From: Lama guanicoe
Taxonomy: Eukaryota
Assembly (NCBI GenBank): GCA_013239625.1
Contig: MU054400.1
Span: 231,146 to 295,145, forward strand
Direction of reading: 5' to 3'
DNA length: 64,000 nt
In this document: positions 10,816 through 24,036 of the stretch, in pieces
Numbering within the stretch: the stretch's first letter is position 1
How the letters are laid out: each line of letters starts with the position of its first letter
Translations under genes and position numbers: made by a program
The notes under the pieces: model-generated
Databases searched by the model: none
Told to the model about the DNA's origin: nothing
What the model saw: the letters and a program-made list of their open reading frames with translations, nothing else

Positions 10816-13298
10816 AGTAAGAAGGCCAGCTTTCTGACCTAACTATTAAAAGAATCAACTGACTATTCTCTTTCTTCCCATCTCACTTCAGAGAAATCTC
10901 ATGTGGAAATTAGAATTCTGTGGTTTTCTTACCCTGCTCTTCATAAAGAACTTCCATTCACCAGATGAAAACATTGGCCTTGGGAAGAGTGAACCCAGCT
11001 GCAGTGAAGGGTGCCAGGTGTCAAGCTGATTTCTCTTTTCAATATTTGTGTTGAACAAATGAGATTTTTTTCCCCAACTATAATCGTATGAATTATGTAT
11101 CTGTGAGCTGCTTTAAGCAGAGAAGTAAAAGAAATAAATATGTAAATAAATGTTCTGGGGAAGATTGGGCCATGAAAATCACAAAGTTATTTAGAGGGAC
11201 TATGCCAGATTCTTCTAATAAGAGTGAATCTCATCAGTCCCCCCTGAACTGGAGAAGCTTTGGGTTCTAAACCACAAAGTCCCATCTTTGTGCTATGAGT
11301 GAGATGTGAAGATAAACCAGAGGACAGGAGTGTGCCTGCCACCCCCTCATCCATCCTTCCGGCACATATGGGCGGATGATCGTCCCACCACCCACAGCCC
11401 GACTCTAGGTCACCATGATGCATTTTCCAGGATCCATCTGGAAGGCATTTTTGGAAGAAAAAGGCCTATAGGACTACAATATTTATAAAACATTTTGTGT
11501 TTATCAGACTCAAATTTTTACACCAGAAAAAATTTTTAAAAAGCAAAAATGAACTAAATACCACCCAAGATTCCTTTCAGCTCAAAATTCTACTAATGCT
11601 ATATGTCAACTATATCTCAATTTAAAAACATTAAAAGTCTGTAAGATTAAAGTTGGGGGATATTCTATGATCTCTTTAGGTCTCTGGTGACAGTCGGGGT
11701 GGGGGTTATTGCAGATGCTTTAAGAATCTAGTGGAAGATATTGATTCTCTTTTCTGGAAAAGGCTTATACAGACATAAAACTTCGTGTGCAAGTTCAGAG
11801 GTTTCATGCATCCTAGTTTAAGACCTCCCGCCTGTATCTGGGCACTGACGATGCATGAACTTGAATATGACTGAAACTTTTCTTGGTGATCAGATCAACA
11901 AAAGACTCCCACCAAGGACCCCCTCGGGATCAGCCAGATTCTCAAACCTGTTCCTCTTCCAGTTCCTGAGGACCTTGCCGTGGACTCTCTGGGGCACCCG
12001 GCTCTCAGCTCAATGAGAAGACCGTCCTTCGCTAAGCCACTGCGTCTTGGACAAACACCTTTGGAGTACTTGGTCCTTCTCCTATTTCCAGGTCCGCGGC
12101 TGTGGGACCAGTACACCAGGAAGGACAGGCCAGAGTCTAGCTCTCTGGGGGGCTTTCCTCTCCAGGTGGACCCTGAGGGTGTTCAAGTGATCCGAGGTTT
12201 AGAAGCTGGGTCCAAAGTGGGGTGGGGGAGGGTAGGATGGTTCCAGCTGCTCCCTTCCTGGAGAGACAAGAAAACACGAGTCTGGCTTAGTCAGAGGTTT
12301 CGGTCAGGGATGGGGGCCGAGAGAAGGGGAGAATTGGGGCCATTAAGACAAAGCTCCTAAGTGTCTTGGAGGTGCTGGCAGTGGGGCTGAGCAGGACATC
12401 AAAACTGGACTAGCTCCAGTACTGGCAGGTAGCACTGGAGTTAACAAGCTTCTCACACATGTTCTCCGTGCTCAGATCACTCCACCTCTCTGAAAACATG
12501 GGGAGTGTTTGGGGCGCATTATTTTCCCAGCCTTATTACCACCGTTGCTGTGTGGGCTCCAATCTCTCTGTTACTGATACCCACCCAGCTTCCCACATCT
12601 TTCACTTTCTGGGAACGTCCCTCTACGTGATTTCCTAATGGCTGTTACTTACTGCTTGTTTTCCCTACAATCTGAGAGTTTTTTTCAAGAATTCCAATAA
12701 ACAGCCAAAACTTCTGATTCCCTTCTAATCTCAAGCCATGAGAAAATATTTCGTATGCCACACAACAAGATAAACATAAGTTGCAATTTCCCCAACTGAT
12801 GAGAAAGTTCAATTTTGTTTCACGTTGTTTCTGCAGAATCACAGAAAACAAAATGTTGGCTGAATTCCAAGGGGGAGAAAAAAGAATTTCAGCAGTTTTG
12901 CTCAATTCCATTACATCATCACTTCCCATATTCACCAGTTGTCATGCCATATTGCAAAATGTCAACACCAATTTCTCTGTTTTAAATACTATGGGCAAAA
13001 GAGAATTTTGTTGGGTGCCTGGAGAGAAAGTGGAGGAGAAACTTGTACAAGAGGAGTGTCACATACAGTCATTGTGTGTGCTTGCCTCCTGCAAATTCTG
13101 ATAGGTGCAGAGAAAAGATTTTGACAGTGTTTTTGTTCATAATGTGTATTTTTTTTTTTAAAGAACGAAACTGCCAGCTTCAGTCTGCATCCTTGAGCTA
13201 CCACAGTGTGTTCAGTGCATTACATAGAACACAAACTCATGAGATAGACACTTCCTGTGGGTCTCAAGAGTGGGGCCCATCTGCCTGGGACTCCCCAC

Positions 13299-13329
<31 letters not shown>

Positions 13330-13378
13330 CTTCACTGGCACGTTCCAGGGCATTCTTCATTTTTTTTTTTTTTTTTTT
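13299..13378. repeat. (CA)~14 microsatellite followed by a T19 run
   Basis: Read directly at 13299-13327 and 13360-13378. Confidence 0.95.
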
Positions 13379-13689
13379 ATCATATTGGACAGTGTGAGTA
13401 GAGAAGAGACTCCACAACTGAGGACGTGGGACCAACCTGTTGGTGAAAAGAGGAGGAACGCCGGGGCGATGAGCAAGCATGAGTTTCAAAGGCAGCTCAG
13501 TCATTCTCTTCCGCCCCCAACCTCCAGGACACCACGGAAGTGGAAGCAGCCCCAGTCCCAGCCTAAAGGAAGACTGAACCACTACTCGTGTATGAGGTGG
13601 CTGGGGAGCACAGAAGGCCTGGACTGGCCTCCCAACTCCATCAGCTGCTACCGGCTTGATCTCACAGAGTTCAAATAAACTAGCATCTT

Positions 13690-13845
13690 GTTGCCCCAGT
13701 TTCCTCACTGGTAAAAGGGAGATTAATAATGAATAATAATATCATACCTGAGGAATAAACAGGATGCGTGAGAAGCAAATGAGTCGTTAAGTGAGCGGCT
13801 CCTTGCGCCCAGCGCGCGGTACGCAGTAGAAAAGTACTTGCTGTC
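13690..13845 (+). mobile_element. MIR (core and 3' part), unusually CpG-rich
   Basis: CCCCAGTTTCCTCACTGGTAAAAGGGAGATTAATAAT matches the MIR core. Confidence 0.65.
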
Positions 13846-15014
13846 ACTGCCTCGAGTGTTTAAATTATTTTACTGGGACAGGATAATTTTTTGAATTACA
13901 ACCTCTGACTTTTAGCAACCCTGAGAGACAGCGGTTGTAATTCTAATCTGTGACTCCTTCCCCTTTCACTCACTGGCCACCACTGCCAAGGGGGAGGTTG
14001 GCGTTGGCCATGATCCCCTAGGAAGGACACTTGCAGAACCAGTTGCCCTGATGCCTGAGGTTAGAAGAAAGAGTTAAAAGGGAAGCAAGCGAGAAGAGGC
14101 TGGTGATGGTCTCTGAAGCGGGTCCTTCGGCTCTGAGAAGACTCCCACTCCCACAAGACTTGCTCTAAATGAAGAAATAGTAGAACCCCCAAACCAGAGT
14201 GGAGACCGGAGAGGAGGAGAGGTCTCTGCCCTGCATCCCAACTGGCCTTGAGTGGTGTGAGCCTCACAGAATGTCCTGCCCCACCACGGCGTGGCAGGAG
14301 CTGGGCAGAGGTGGTTGCAGGTGGAGTTGAAGCAGAGAATACCTAAAATACTATCCCCACTGGGGTTGCCACTGTTTGGAAAATTGTGGGAGCAATAACG
14401 CTTCCCTGTGGCCGAGAGGAGGGTGGGGAAATCTCACTGGGGAAAAGAGAAGCCAATCCAAAGAGATATTACTGTCCTGATGCAGGGACAGCACAGTGGA
14501 AGCGGAGAGGATCACGTGGCTGGAGGCCAGTTAGGAGCCTGGTGCTTCAGTAGATGCCGGTGCGGCAGGACAGCCGTGCCTGAGCACAAGAAGTTGTGTA
14601 CATCTCAGTGGACACCAGTGTGGAAAGTGCCAACAACCAGGGGCCTGACCCTTTTGCCCCCGATGCTCAGAGGCTACCTGTGTAAGGCCCCTGGATCTTA
14701 GATGCCACCTCTGGGCTTGGGGGTGGGATCAGGGGGGACAAAATCCTAGATTGACTCAAGTAAAAACCTGAAATGAACTCCTTTACCTGAAAGTAATCGA
14801 GATTAAATCCTCTGCCAGCAAGGAAGTTGGGGTTTGAAATAGAGAATAACTTGAGTCATAAAAACAAAGAGCAAAGGGACTGAAAGTTCACGTTGCTAAC
14901 GTATCAGGGAGTGGAAATGGCCAGGACTTCTGTTCAAGAGGACCCCGAGTGACCAAGCCCCACAGCACAAGGTGACGCTGGGAATTCGTAGGCAGTTTGG
15001 GGTATTGCCACTTT

Positions 15015-15131
15015 TTAAATATTTTGTTCGTTTGTCTGTTTGTTTGTTTAATGGAGGTACTGGGGATTGAACCCAGGACCTCGTACCTGCTAAACACGCT
15101 CTCTACCACTGAGCTATACGCTCCCCCCTGA
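15015..15131 (-). mobile_element. Camelid-type tRNA-derived SINE with an 11-bp TSD
   Basis: Reverse complement reads GGGGGAGCGTATAGCTCAGTGGTAGAG...GGGTTCAATCCCCAGTACCTCC; ATTGCCACTTT at 15004-15014 and 15132-15142. Confidence 0.92.
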
Positions 15132-15299
15132 ATTGCCACTTTCTGAAAGAAGGAAGCAGTCCTCTGGGTTCACAGCCTGCTAGAAATGGTAGAAAAATAA
15201 CAAATATTAAAACATGATAACAGTAACAGAGGAAGTAACTGTTCGCTATTTATATTAAATTAAGGAGTGACTTGGGACCCTCTCCAACTAAGGAAGAAG

Positions 15300-15520
15300 G
15301 CAGACAGCCTGGTAGATGGAGCCCTGGATCTGGGTCAGAGTCCCAGCTTCCAGTCGCAGCCCACCTCTCCCTTAGCTGTGTAACCTTGGGGAGCAGGGTA
15401 GCCCCGCAGAACCTCGAGTTCCTCATCTAAAAGGGTCTCCCTGATTAGCATTACAGGACAGTGAATGTGGAAAGTACCCTCACGGGGCCAGATCCAGGGG
15501 AGATGCTGAGTAAGTATCTG
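15300..15520 (+). mobile_element. MIR
   Basis: CTTAGCTGTGTAACCTTGGG...AGTTCCTCATCTAAAAGGG. Confidence 0.6.
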
Positions 15521-18500
15521 CTAAGAAAAAAGCCCTTCTTCTCCTTTACTACCAAATCTGGACCAGTTCTTCCCCTGTTTGCAGTCCTGCTTAAAACACA
15601 CACTTCATCCCTGGCTGGGGTCTTGCCCTGAGTGGATGGATGACCAGAACCATGATGCTGCCCCACATGAATTCAAGTGTTATTTGTTCTTCAGATTCTG
15701 ACAGCCCTGCTGGCTGGCTGCCCTGTCCCTCACCGACCCCATCCCCCCAAACCATCAAACCACCCCCTACACACACACATTTCTCCTCACGTGGCAGTGA
15801 GGTACCCTCATGCCAGGGGTGATGCTTCTCCTGTGTGGCTGGGGCAGCTGCATGTGTCTCGTCTCAGAGATATTTTATAACCAAGGTGGGAGAGGCCAGC
15901 TAAAATAAACAGAGGGATGTGCCTTTATAATTAAACCAGAGCAAAGTCGTGCAGCCAGATCCCATTGCCCGATTTAAGTGGTGTTCAGGCCCAGGTGCTG
16001 ACGGGGCTCTTTTCTTGGAAGAGTCAGAGATGAACTCTACCCCCCATAATAAAAGGAACAGAACCTTGGGAAGGAGATAGCGCTTTGAAAAGCGTGACCC
16101 TTTAAAATCTTCCTGGGGCTGTTGGAAAGGAAAAAGGGGTGCCCAGGGGGGACAGAGATGGAGAGAGCCCTAGAGACCTGCCCGGCGGGAGGCCCATGTG
16201 CCTCCTTGACAGCTTGATGTATTTCGGGGCCAGAAACTGCTGACCGCACCTTCCTAAGTTAGCACATTCTGTCGGCTGCCTTGTTGTGGGCGTTGAGTTA
16301 TCCCTTCCCAGCTCCCCGCCTGTGTTCACTTTTCTCCCTTTAACACACTTCTGTCTGGATCCATGTTCTTAATGACGAAGTCAGAACATCCTATTGTCAG
16401 GCCTTCCAGAAGGGGAGAAAAGCCCAACTGACTGCAAAGAAGCAGCGAAGGCAGCTGGAATTGCACCAGGAGGGAGGGATAAATTCAAGCTTCACTCCAT
16501 GAAACCCGGAAAACTCCGTCAGCTTTTCCAGTTTCTCTCCAGCCTCCACATCCCCAAGGACCTCAGTGTCCCTAAAGGGAGCCGTTCGTGTGCACAACCT
16601 AATGAGGCCCTTCAGTCACCAGAGCGGGAGAGGAGCAGCGCCAAGTGCGTTCCTGCACACGTGGTCATCAGCCGTGGAGACACCCGGTCCTTGCACCTGC
16701 CCCCCCGGCTCCAGGCAGACCGGCACTGGTTCCTCCATCCTGGGCTGCCAAAGATTTCTGCTTGAAGAGGCACCCTGAGGAGTCAGAAGACTGCTTTGGT
16801 GGTCCCAGCCACAGCCACCAGCCGGGACTGCTGCTCCCCCACCCAGGAGACACTATCACAGTTTCATCCTTGACAACAGCTTCTGGGGAGGTCTTCCTAA
16901 AAGTGAAAATTAGGTTTTCATGAAAGCCTAATAGGGGTCCACTGTTTATTTCTGAAATAAGAAGTTATTCCCGGGTTTTTGCAGGAGGGACACATGCCTG
17001 GCATTGGCAACCCCCAAATTTCAACATGAACTCACCTTCACAGACTAAACTCTCCCAACTGCTACCCACATTTCCTCTGATGGAAGCCACAAGGTGCCCG
17101 AGGTAGCGCAATCCTGCGCACAGAGAAGAAGCTGGGTAGCGACTGCCCATCTTCTGTGGAACCTCCTTCCGCAGGGAGGGCTGCGTGGCCCAGCCTCGGC
17201 AGATTCCTCTCGTGATGGCCCCAGACCATCTCTGTTGCACAGAACATGCACCGTGAGTCCTGGTCAATACTTTGTGAGTCCCGGGAGTCAAGGCGCCCGC
17301 CCAGTGACGCGGTGATTTCAGAGTGACTGTCTCACAACTCTGGGTAGGGCAGGGGGACTTACAAAAAGAACACAGCTTTGCTCTCTACCGGAGCATCGTG
17401 CACTGTTATAGATGTTGCTATGAATTAATCAGTGGGTGCTCAGGGCTCTTGTCCAGCCTCTGTGAGCTGGAGAGCGAGAGCTCCTCCCCGAGGAGGCGTC
17501 CATCCTTGGCTGCAGGTCAGCCCTGGACCAGCGTGGATGCTCCCAGGTAGCACGTGCCTCCCTGAGGGTGAGTACTGATGTGACCAGCCCGCCTTCATAG
17601 TGAGGCCCAGCTCTTCTGCTCTCCTTATTTCCAAATCACAGCACAGGCTTAAAATCAGCCACCAAAGAAAGGGGTTTAGACTACACAGCACACGTGGGTA
17701 TGCACACACGGCTGATGGCACGAGAAACTGGGGTCCTGCTGGGCTGTTGCAGCCACACTCTTGGCCCCAAGGAGGGAGGGCGCCTTTCTGGGCTTTGCCA
17801 GCGAGGCGCTTAGGCACCCACCCCTCCAACCCGCCAGAACTCTGCCAACCGCTCCAGCGGGTCCTTTCCAAGAAAAATGCTTGCCTCCTCCTCCTCCTTG
17901 GGGTGTTCCGCCCACTTGCTTCCCCAAAGTCAGCTGGCATAGAGCGCGCCCTCTGTCTCAGAGGGTCTGTGTCCCCCCTAGAATGCCCAGTGTCTTCTCC
18001 CCGCAAAGCATCCTCCCTCTGGGGCCGAGGGAAAAGCCCCCTCTGCCGACGACGTCAACACCAGCTTCCCGCAGCAGGCTCTTCCATTCCCAGTGGGTTC
18101 AGGACTTTCCTGGCTCAGGCAAAAGAGGGCTGAATGGAGCCAAGGTTACATTACGCATCATTCATTCCTGAATCCACTCATTCATCAAGTGTTCTGACTT
18201 AGTAAAAGGTGATAGATTTATACAATCTGAAGAGAAACCAGAGTATCAGGGTTCTTACTTAGAACCAGAGCAGTCGTGGTAGAAATATGACCCACAGGCT
18301 CAGAAATGTTTGACACGTGGCCTTTTCACTTTCTTAAATTGTGTGTGGGAAGAAATGAGCATGCACCGGCCTGAAGCTGGGTGACTGCTTCACCCCAGTT
18401 CAGTTCTGAGCACGCCAGTTTCCTGGGTTCTTTTTTTACGCTGCCCATTACCCCAAATCTACTCCCTTGTCTCTTTCTAGAAATTGTCTGGGGACCTACA

Positions 18501-19849
18501 GGAGAGAGGCCCTTGTATTCACAAGTGAACAAACGTATGTGCTGCATTTGAAAAGTGACTCAAGGGTCCATTTTGAAAATCAGGGAAGTAACAACAAACA
18601 AAGATAAAACATATATCTGAAAAGAGATTCAGATAAACATTTGGTAAGAATCACAGCGTTTTTTTTCAGAAGAAAGATGGTGTACAGCATTGAGGCAGTA
18701 AAACACTACAGATACTTGTATTCAGTGAGTTTTTAACTTTTAGGACGCATGGCATGGAGCTCCTTCAAATTCTCACGTGTTGGGGTCCCCATCATAGCAT
18801 GCAAGGCACCTCGGAGGAGATGCAGCCCCACACTCAGGCACAGGCTCCAGACGTCTGCAGAGATGACGCTGAGCAGAGAGACCGCGGACCCTACCATCAA
18901 GGGGCTCCCAACCCAGAGGAGGAAACGCTCTAAGATAGAAGTATGGATACCTGCCAGGAGATTCGCCCTGACTGTGCCTCAGAATCCCTGGAGACATTAT
19001 TTAAAAAGTCATGTCTGAGCGCCACCCGGTCTTCTGGATCTCAAGCTCAAGCTCAGATGTCACCTCTATTGCCGAGCTTTCCTGAAGCCTCCGGCCAGCA
19101 TGGCTCCCTCACCTGCACGCTCGTGCCCACCTCCACGCTGGGTTTCATCCTGCTGCCCTCAGTGTCCGCCTGCCCTCCATCTCCCGCCGGACCCTGCCTG
19201 GTGAGTCTGACAAATACCTCTCATACGACCAGAGGCCTTTTTCCAGAAAGTGGTTGGCTATTCAAAATTAAAGGTTTTGCATTAACGATTGGATACCTAG
19301 ATGATATTTTCCTTTAAATTGGGATTCATTCATCCCATTGTCATTTCAGAATTTGGAAGCAAACCCCCTAAGACTGCTGTTACACATCCCGAGACAGACT
19401 CATGAGTCTAGGCAGGGACCATGGCCTAAATCTTCTTCAGCAGCAAGACTGAAAGGTGAGCCCCGGGAAGGGAAGAGCTGTCCGGTTCTGACTTTCTCTC
19501 TCGGCCAGTGACTCACCTGCAGCCGCATGACAGGAGGGGGCCCAGGCAGTAGATGGGACACTGTGAGTGTCACGCACTTGCCAACTTTCCCCTTTCAGGA
19601 GCACCTAGAAATGGAAAAACAGACTATGATAAGCCCTGAGACCATATCACATCTCTCTCCGTACAGTTTATTTTCAATTGCCAATGTCAGCAGCTGTGTC
19701 AGCCAGCAGTGACATACACTGTTTCTCCTCAAAACCCCTCTAGTAGCAAATGTCCCACGGGGTCACCTTCTCAGTCGGCTGAGTCAGAATCACAGAATGC
19801 TGGAAAAGCAAAGCTGACAGAGCTCTTCCCACTAACAGGAGAGCTGGCA

Positions 19850-20020
19850 ACATTTTTTGAGTGCCTACCATGGGACAGCCACTTCACATATTTTATTTCC
19901 TTTAATCCTCACACTAACCCTGACATGTAGGTTTCACTGCTCTCATATTTTAGATGAAAATACTGAGGCTTGGTAAGGCACAGTGATCTGCCCGAGGTTA
20001 CATATCTAGTCACCCAGATC
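19850..20020 (-). mobile_element. MIR
   Basis: TTTAATCCTCAC...CATATTTTAGATGAAAATACTGAGGCT...CCCGAGGTTACATATCTAGT. Confidence 0.7.
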
Positions 20021-20378
20021 CACTATAACCTAAGAGCCTGTTTCTCCAAGTGGGGATCCTGTACGGGCAGCTCGCCCAGAGTCACAAGAAGCCGTTTAGT
20101 TAAACACAGCACATTCTCTGAAGTACCAATTTAATTCAAAGGTAAATAATTTAAAACATTGACTATATTAAAACAAACATGCATTTATTATGGAGAGGGA
20201 ATACAAATTTGCACAAAAATTAAAGAAAAAAACCTTTAAGAAATTTATACCTGTGGCAAGCTACTCGGGCCTTGACCCTGCCCCAGACCCTCAGGGCTCT
20301 AATTGCATTCCTCTGTCATGAGCAGTATTCTGGCCCAAATTTAAAAGCAGAGCCATAAGCCCAAGCAGAACTCAGGAA

Positions 20379-20396
20379 TGGCGCCCCCATGTGGAA
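20379..20396 (-). promoter_or_regulatory. CTCF-like motif
   Basis: Reverse complement TTCCACATGGGGGCGCCA. Confidence 0.4.
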
Positions 20397-20622
20397 GATG
20401 GGGGAATGGCTTATCATCAAAGAGCAAAGAGTAGTGATTGTATTTTGCTGCGAGGCTCAATTTCAATGTCCATCTCTGGAGAAATATAAATCATGTAAAC
20501 CTGTGGGTTTCTAAGACCCTTCCCACTTGACCGATGTCTCAGGAGGTTTCTGAAGCTGTGTGATGTGGGGATAAGACACTATCATTGAATGAATGTGTCA
20601 GTGGCAAGCCCACCAACTCCCA

Positions 20623-20650
20623 ACACACACACACACACACACACACACAC
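20623..20650. repeat. (AC)14 microsatellite
   Basis: Read directly. Confidence 0.95.
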
Positions 20651-21089
20651 CCCACTTCTGGTCTCTACCCCTCCCACCCCTAGGCCTTGCTTCCCCTGAG
20701 TCCTAGGCATCTTTTCCATAAAAACACCCAGAATCATCTTCTAGGTGGTTGCACTCATCAGGGGCCTAATTCTAACCTAGGCAGGCCTGCCTATACTCTG
20801 CAGGGGCTTGAATCCCTTTAGCAAAGTTAATTTTGAAGATGAAAGGAAGGACCTCAACCAGGGCTTCCCTGCAGCTGAACTGGGCACAGCACCACCTGGA
20901 ATCCTGACATCATTTGAAGTTAACAGGTATAGCCAGGAAAACCACCAAATAAGACAAAAAGGGCATGGCCTGGTTGGGCTGTGGAAAGGGGCCCCTGACC
21001 AGGAAGACGAGCCACGCCCTTGAAGTGGCATCACACCTAGAAGTGCCCTGCAGCCGGTCTGCACCATGCCAGGCCCCCCGAGCCTGCTC

Positions 21090-21396
21090 CCTGCCCCTCT
21101 GACCATTCCCTTTGACTGGGAGGCTCTCTTCCCCACGCATTGCCTGGCTAATTCCTACTCACTCTTAGGCCTCAGCTTTCACACCGTTTCTTCCAGGAAT
21201 GTTTCCCAGACTCCTGTCAGCCTAGGAATTTCCTGTTTACTCCCATAACCTCCCAAATGTCCCTCATGCCAGCGCTTCCCAGATTGCATTGTAATTGCCC
21301 ATGTACTTGGCTGGGAGGACCACAGGGGCATGAATCCGCAGAGACCATGCCCCGCACATACGAGGTGCTCTATGAACATCTTCTGAATGAATGAAA
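21090..21396 (+). mobile_element. L2 3' end
   Basis: AATTCCTACTCACTCTTAGGCCTCAGCTT...GAGGTGCTCTATGAACATCTTCTGAATGAATGAA. Confidence 0.65.
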
Positions 21397-21879
21397 GGAT
21401 GTCACTGGGCCACGGCGATACACTTTCTTGGCAACCCCAGGACCTAGAAAGCCCACAGCAGTAAGAGGGCTGAGAAGGGGAGGGAGCACATGTGAACAAC
21501 CGAGCACCGCCCACGTGCACTGAGAGCCCAGACTCGCAGCAGAAAAGGTCTTTGCACAGGAGAAACCCCGTCTAATGAGGGAGACCATTAGGGACACAAT
21601 AGTGAGAACAGATTGCTTCAGCACAAAGTTGAAATGGAGACAAATGTGAAAACCAAACTGGGTGAGCAATACCTCTGCTTGCATGCTAAGCTTATTGCTC
21701 CAGAATATCTCAGCAGATGAAGGTTTTAGGAGGAAACATGCATGGAACTTCGATATATATAGTATGCTGTTCATTTCTGAGATACTTGAGAATCAACAGA
21801 ACTCTTTCATATGTGTCATCTAATTTCATTTTACTCATGCGTCAAATATAAATTTTAGGGGTGGTGTCTTTATACTACA

Positions 21880-22450
21880 CTAGTATCTAGAATTGGGCTA
21901 GTTCTGAGTAGCTCAAAGATAACTACCTTCAAGGGCCTGGAGTCAAGTGGAGGAGGTGCTAGTGACCATAATTCGGAGCGGATAAAGGTGGGTGCTGGGT
22001 GAGTCGGGATTGTTTCCATAAGAGACTCGATCGGGTTTAACAAAGGGAATGGGTTTCTCACGTAACTAAAATGCCCGGGAGTATCTTTAAAACCCAGGTT
22101 TGCTTTATCCTGGGGCTTGGATGACGTACACCAGTAGCTTCCTCCGCCCTTGGCTTTCCTTGCACTGGCTGGCAGCGCGCTCGGGCTCCGACGGTGTAAG
22201 CACTCATAGCTTCAAGCTCACGGCTTCCAAGGCCTGATTTGACCTGAGAACAGAGCCTCTCTTCTCCCGCAACTTTTAATGAAAGTCAGGGCCTGAGTGA
22301 TGACTGCATACCCTCCCAGGAGCCAATCACTGAGCCATGGGAACAGAACTAGCTGGCTGGTAGCCGGAGGTCACATCCTGCCACCACCCCCAGCTGCTGT
22401 GGGGTCAGGCCCACCCAAACCACACGGGCTGAAAGGAGGGTGAACTGTAA
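21880..22450. mobile_element. Old MaLR LTR (MLT1J/K-like)
   Basis: GAGCCAATCACTGAGCCATGGG...GGTCACATCCTGCCACC...CCCACCCAAACCACACGGGCTGA resembles recalled MLT1J/K. Confidence 0.5.
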
Positions 22451-23944
22451 GTCGTCAAGTGTCGTAACAGGCTATCTGACAAAATGCGTGAGACTTAGTC
22501 CTCATAACAGCTTTGTGTTCCCACCCATTCTACAAAGGAGAAAAATGAGGGAAGAACAAGAGCAGGACGAGAACCTGTGCTCGCTCCGTTTGTGTGTGTC
22601 AGGAGGCACTTGTGGAATTTGGGAAGGGACAGTTCTTCCTTGTGAGAGACTGTCCTAAGCATTACAAAACATTTCACATCCATGGCTCTAATACCGGTGA
22701 CACCTGCCTCCCAACATTGTGACAACTAAAACTGCTCACATGCATTTTGAACATCCACTTGGCAGTGGGGTGGGGAGGGGCACGCAGCACCTCCCTCATG
22801 TGAGAAAAGCTGCATGTTACCCAAGTGAACCTTACTAACAGGAGTGCCGTACTTCTTGGAGTTCCTACATGTAAGCCCTAACACTTGGCCGCAGAGATAG
22901 GCTGAACTCCTGATTGGACACCTCAAGATCATCTATTCCATCCCCTGGGGTCAGCACTTCCTGCCCAGGGGAGAGGATGGAGCCGAGGAGGAGGGGCCAG
23001 AATGTATGCCCAGAAGTGAGTGTGAAGGGCTGAGTGGGTAGGTTTCAGTTTCCTCTTAATTCTCCTGCTTCTCGGAGAGCGAAACACGGTTAGCACATTT
23101 ATAGTCAGGGCTCAAGCTGCTTCTATGGGAAGACAAAATTATCCTCTCTCGAGTGAGGTAAGAAATTATGGGCCTGTGAGAGGTAGTGTTCAACTGTGGA
23201 CCCTACTCACTAAGACGGACATTGCCACACTGATCTGCACTCTGGTGGAGCAAACAGAAGTGGGAGTTTGAAACCAGCTCATCACATGAAGAGCAACTAA
23301 AGGAATAGGCAAAGTTACACCCAGGAAAATACTCAAGATGCGAGAGGAAAGTGGCCTTGTACGATGCTGAAGACAAGCAACCAGGAGTAGACTTGGAATT
23401 ACTTTTTACAGCCCAAATGGGCAGAACCTGGTTTGATGGAGGCAGAGTGAACACTTGACCAATGAGAGATGTCTGCTAGCAGAATGAGCTTTCCGTCTGG
23501 GAAGGTAGTAAGTTGCCCACTGCTGGAGGTATCCAAGCACATCCTGAGATGCTGACGTGGGTTTGCAGCTTAGCCTCTCAAAGTTCTGAAGCAACACAAA
23601 CTAGATGGAGTTTTAGTGCCCTGCACACTGCTAAGGGAGACCACACAGAGAGAGTGGGTTGTAAGCTGTGCTCAGTTTCTATCAGAGTGACTGTAAGGTG
23701 GTGCCCTCCCGCCCCTACCCAAAAAGCCCATCAGAACATGAGTGTGAGAAACATTGTAGGATAATCTTACGTCTGTTCTAATTAACACAAGGGATCTTTA
23801 ACAGACTTTCCTACTGTACTGACAATGCATTACTTCTCTCAACACAAGTAACTCACAAGTGATCACTTGGTAAAGAGCTGCTGGCCCAAGGGGTTGCACT
23901 AAGGTTTGTCCAACCAAAGGCTGGGTCTAAACTCAAAACTCCTG

Positions 23945-24036
23945 GGGCGCGAGTGTCCGCGGGGTGCTCAGCGATCTGCTCACAGCGCTTCCGGCAAGCG
24001 AGGCGCGTACTGCAGTGCTTCCACCTCGTGGGCGGT
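23945..24036 (-). promoter_or_regulatory. Small CpG cluster containing a CTCF-like motif (24016-24032)
   Basis: About a dozen CpGs in ~90 bp; reverse complement CCCACGAGGTGGAAGCA. Confidence 0.45.

Noticed and set aside
13043..13678. 211-aa ORF and the antisense 162-aa ORF
   Set aside because: Both read through (CA)n and poly-T tracts (HTHTH, FFFFFF); low-complexity artefacts.
17440..18171. Overlapping 136-188-aa ORFs on both strands
   Set aside because: GC-rich, stop-poor sequence with no similarity to a protein I recognise.
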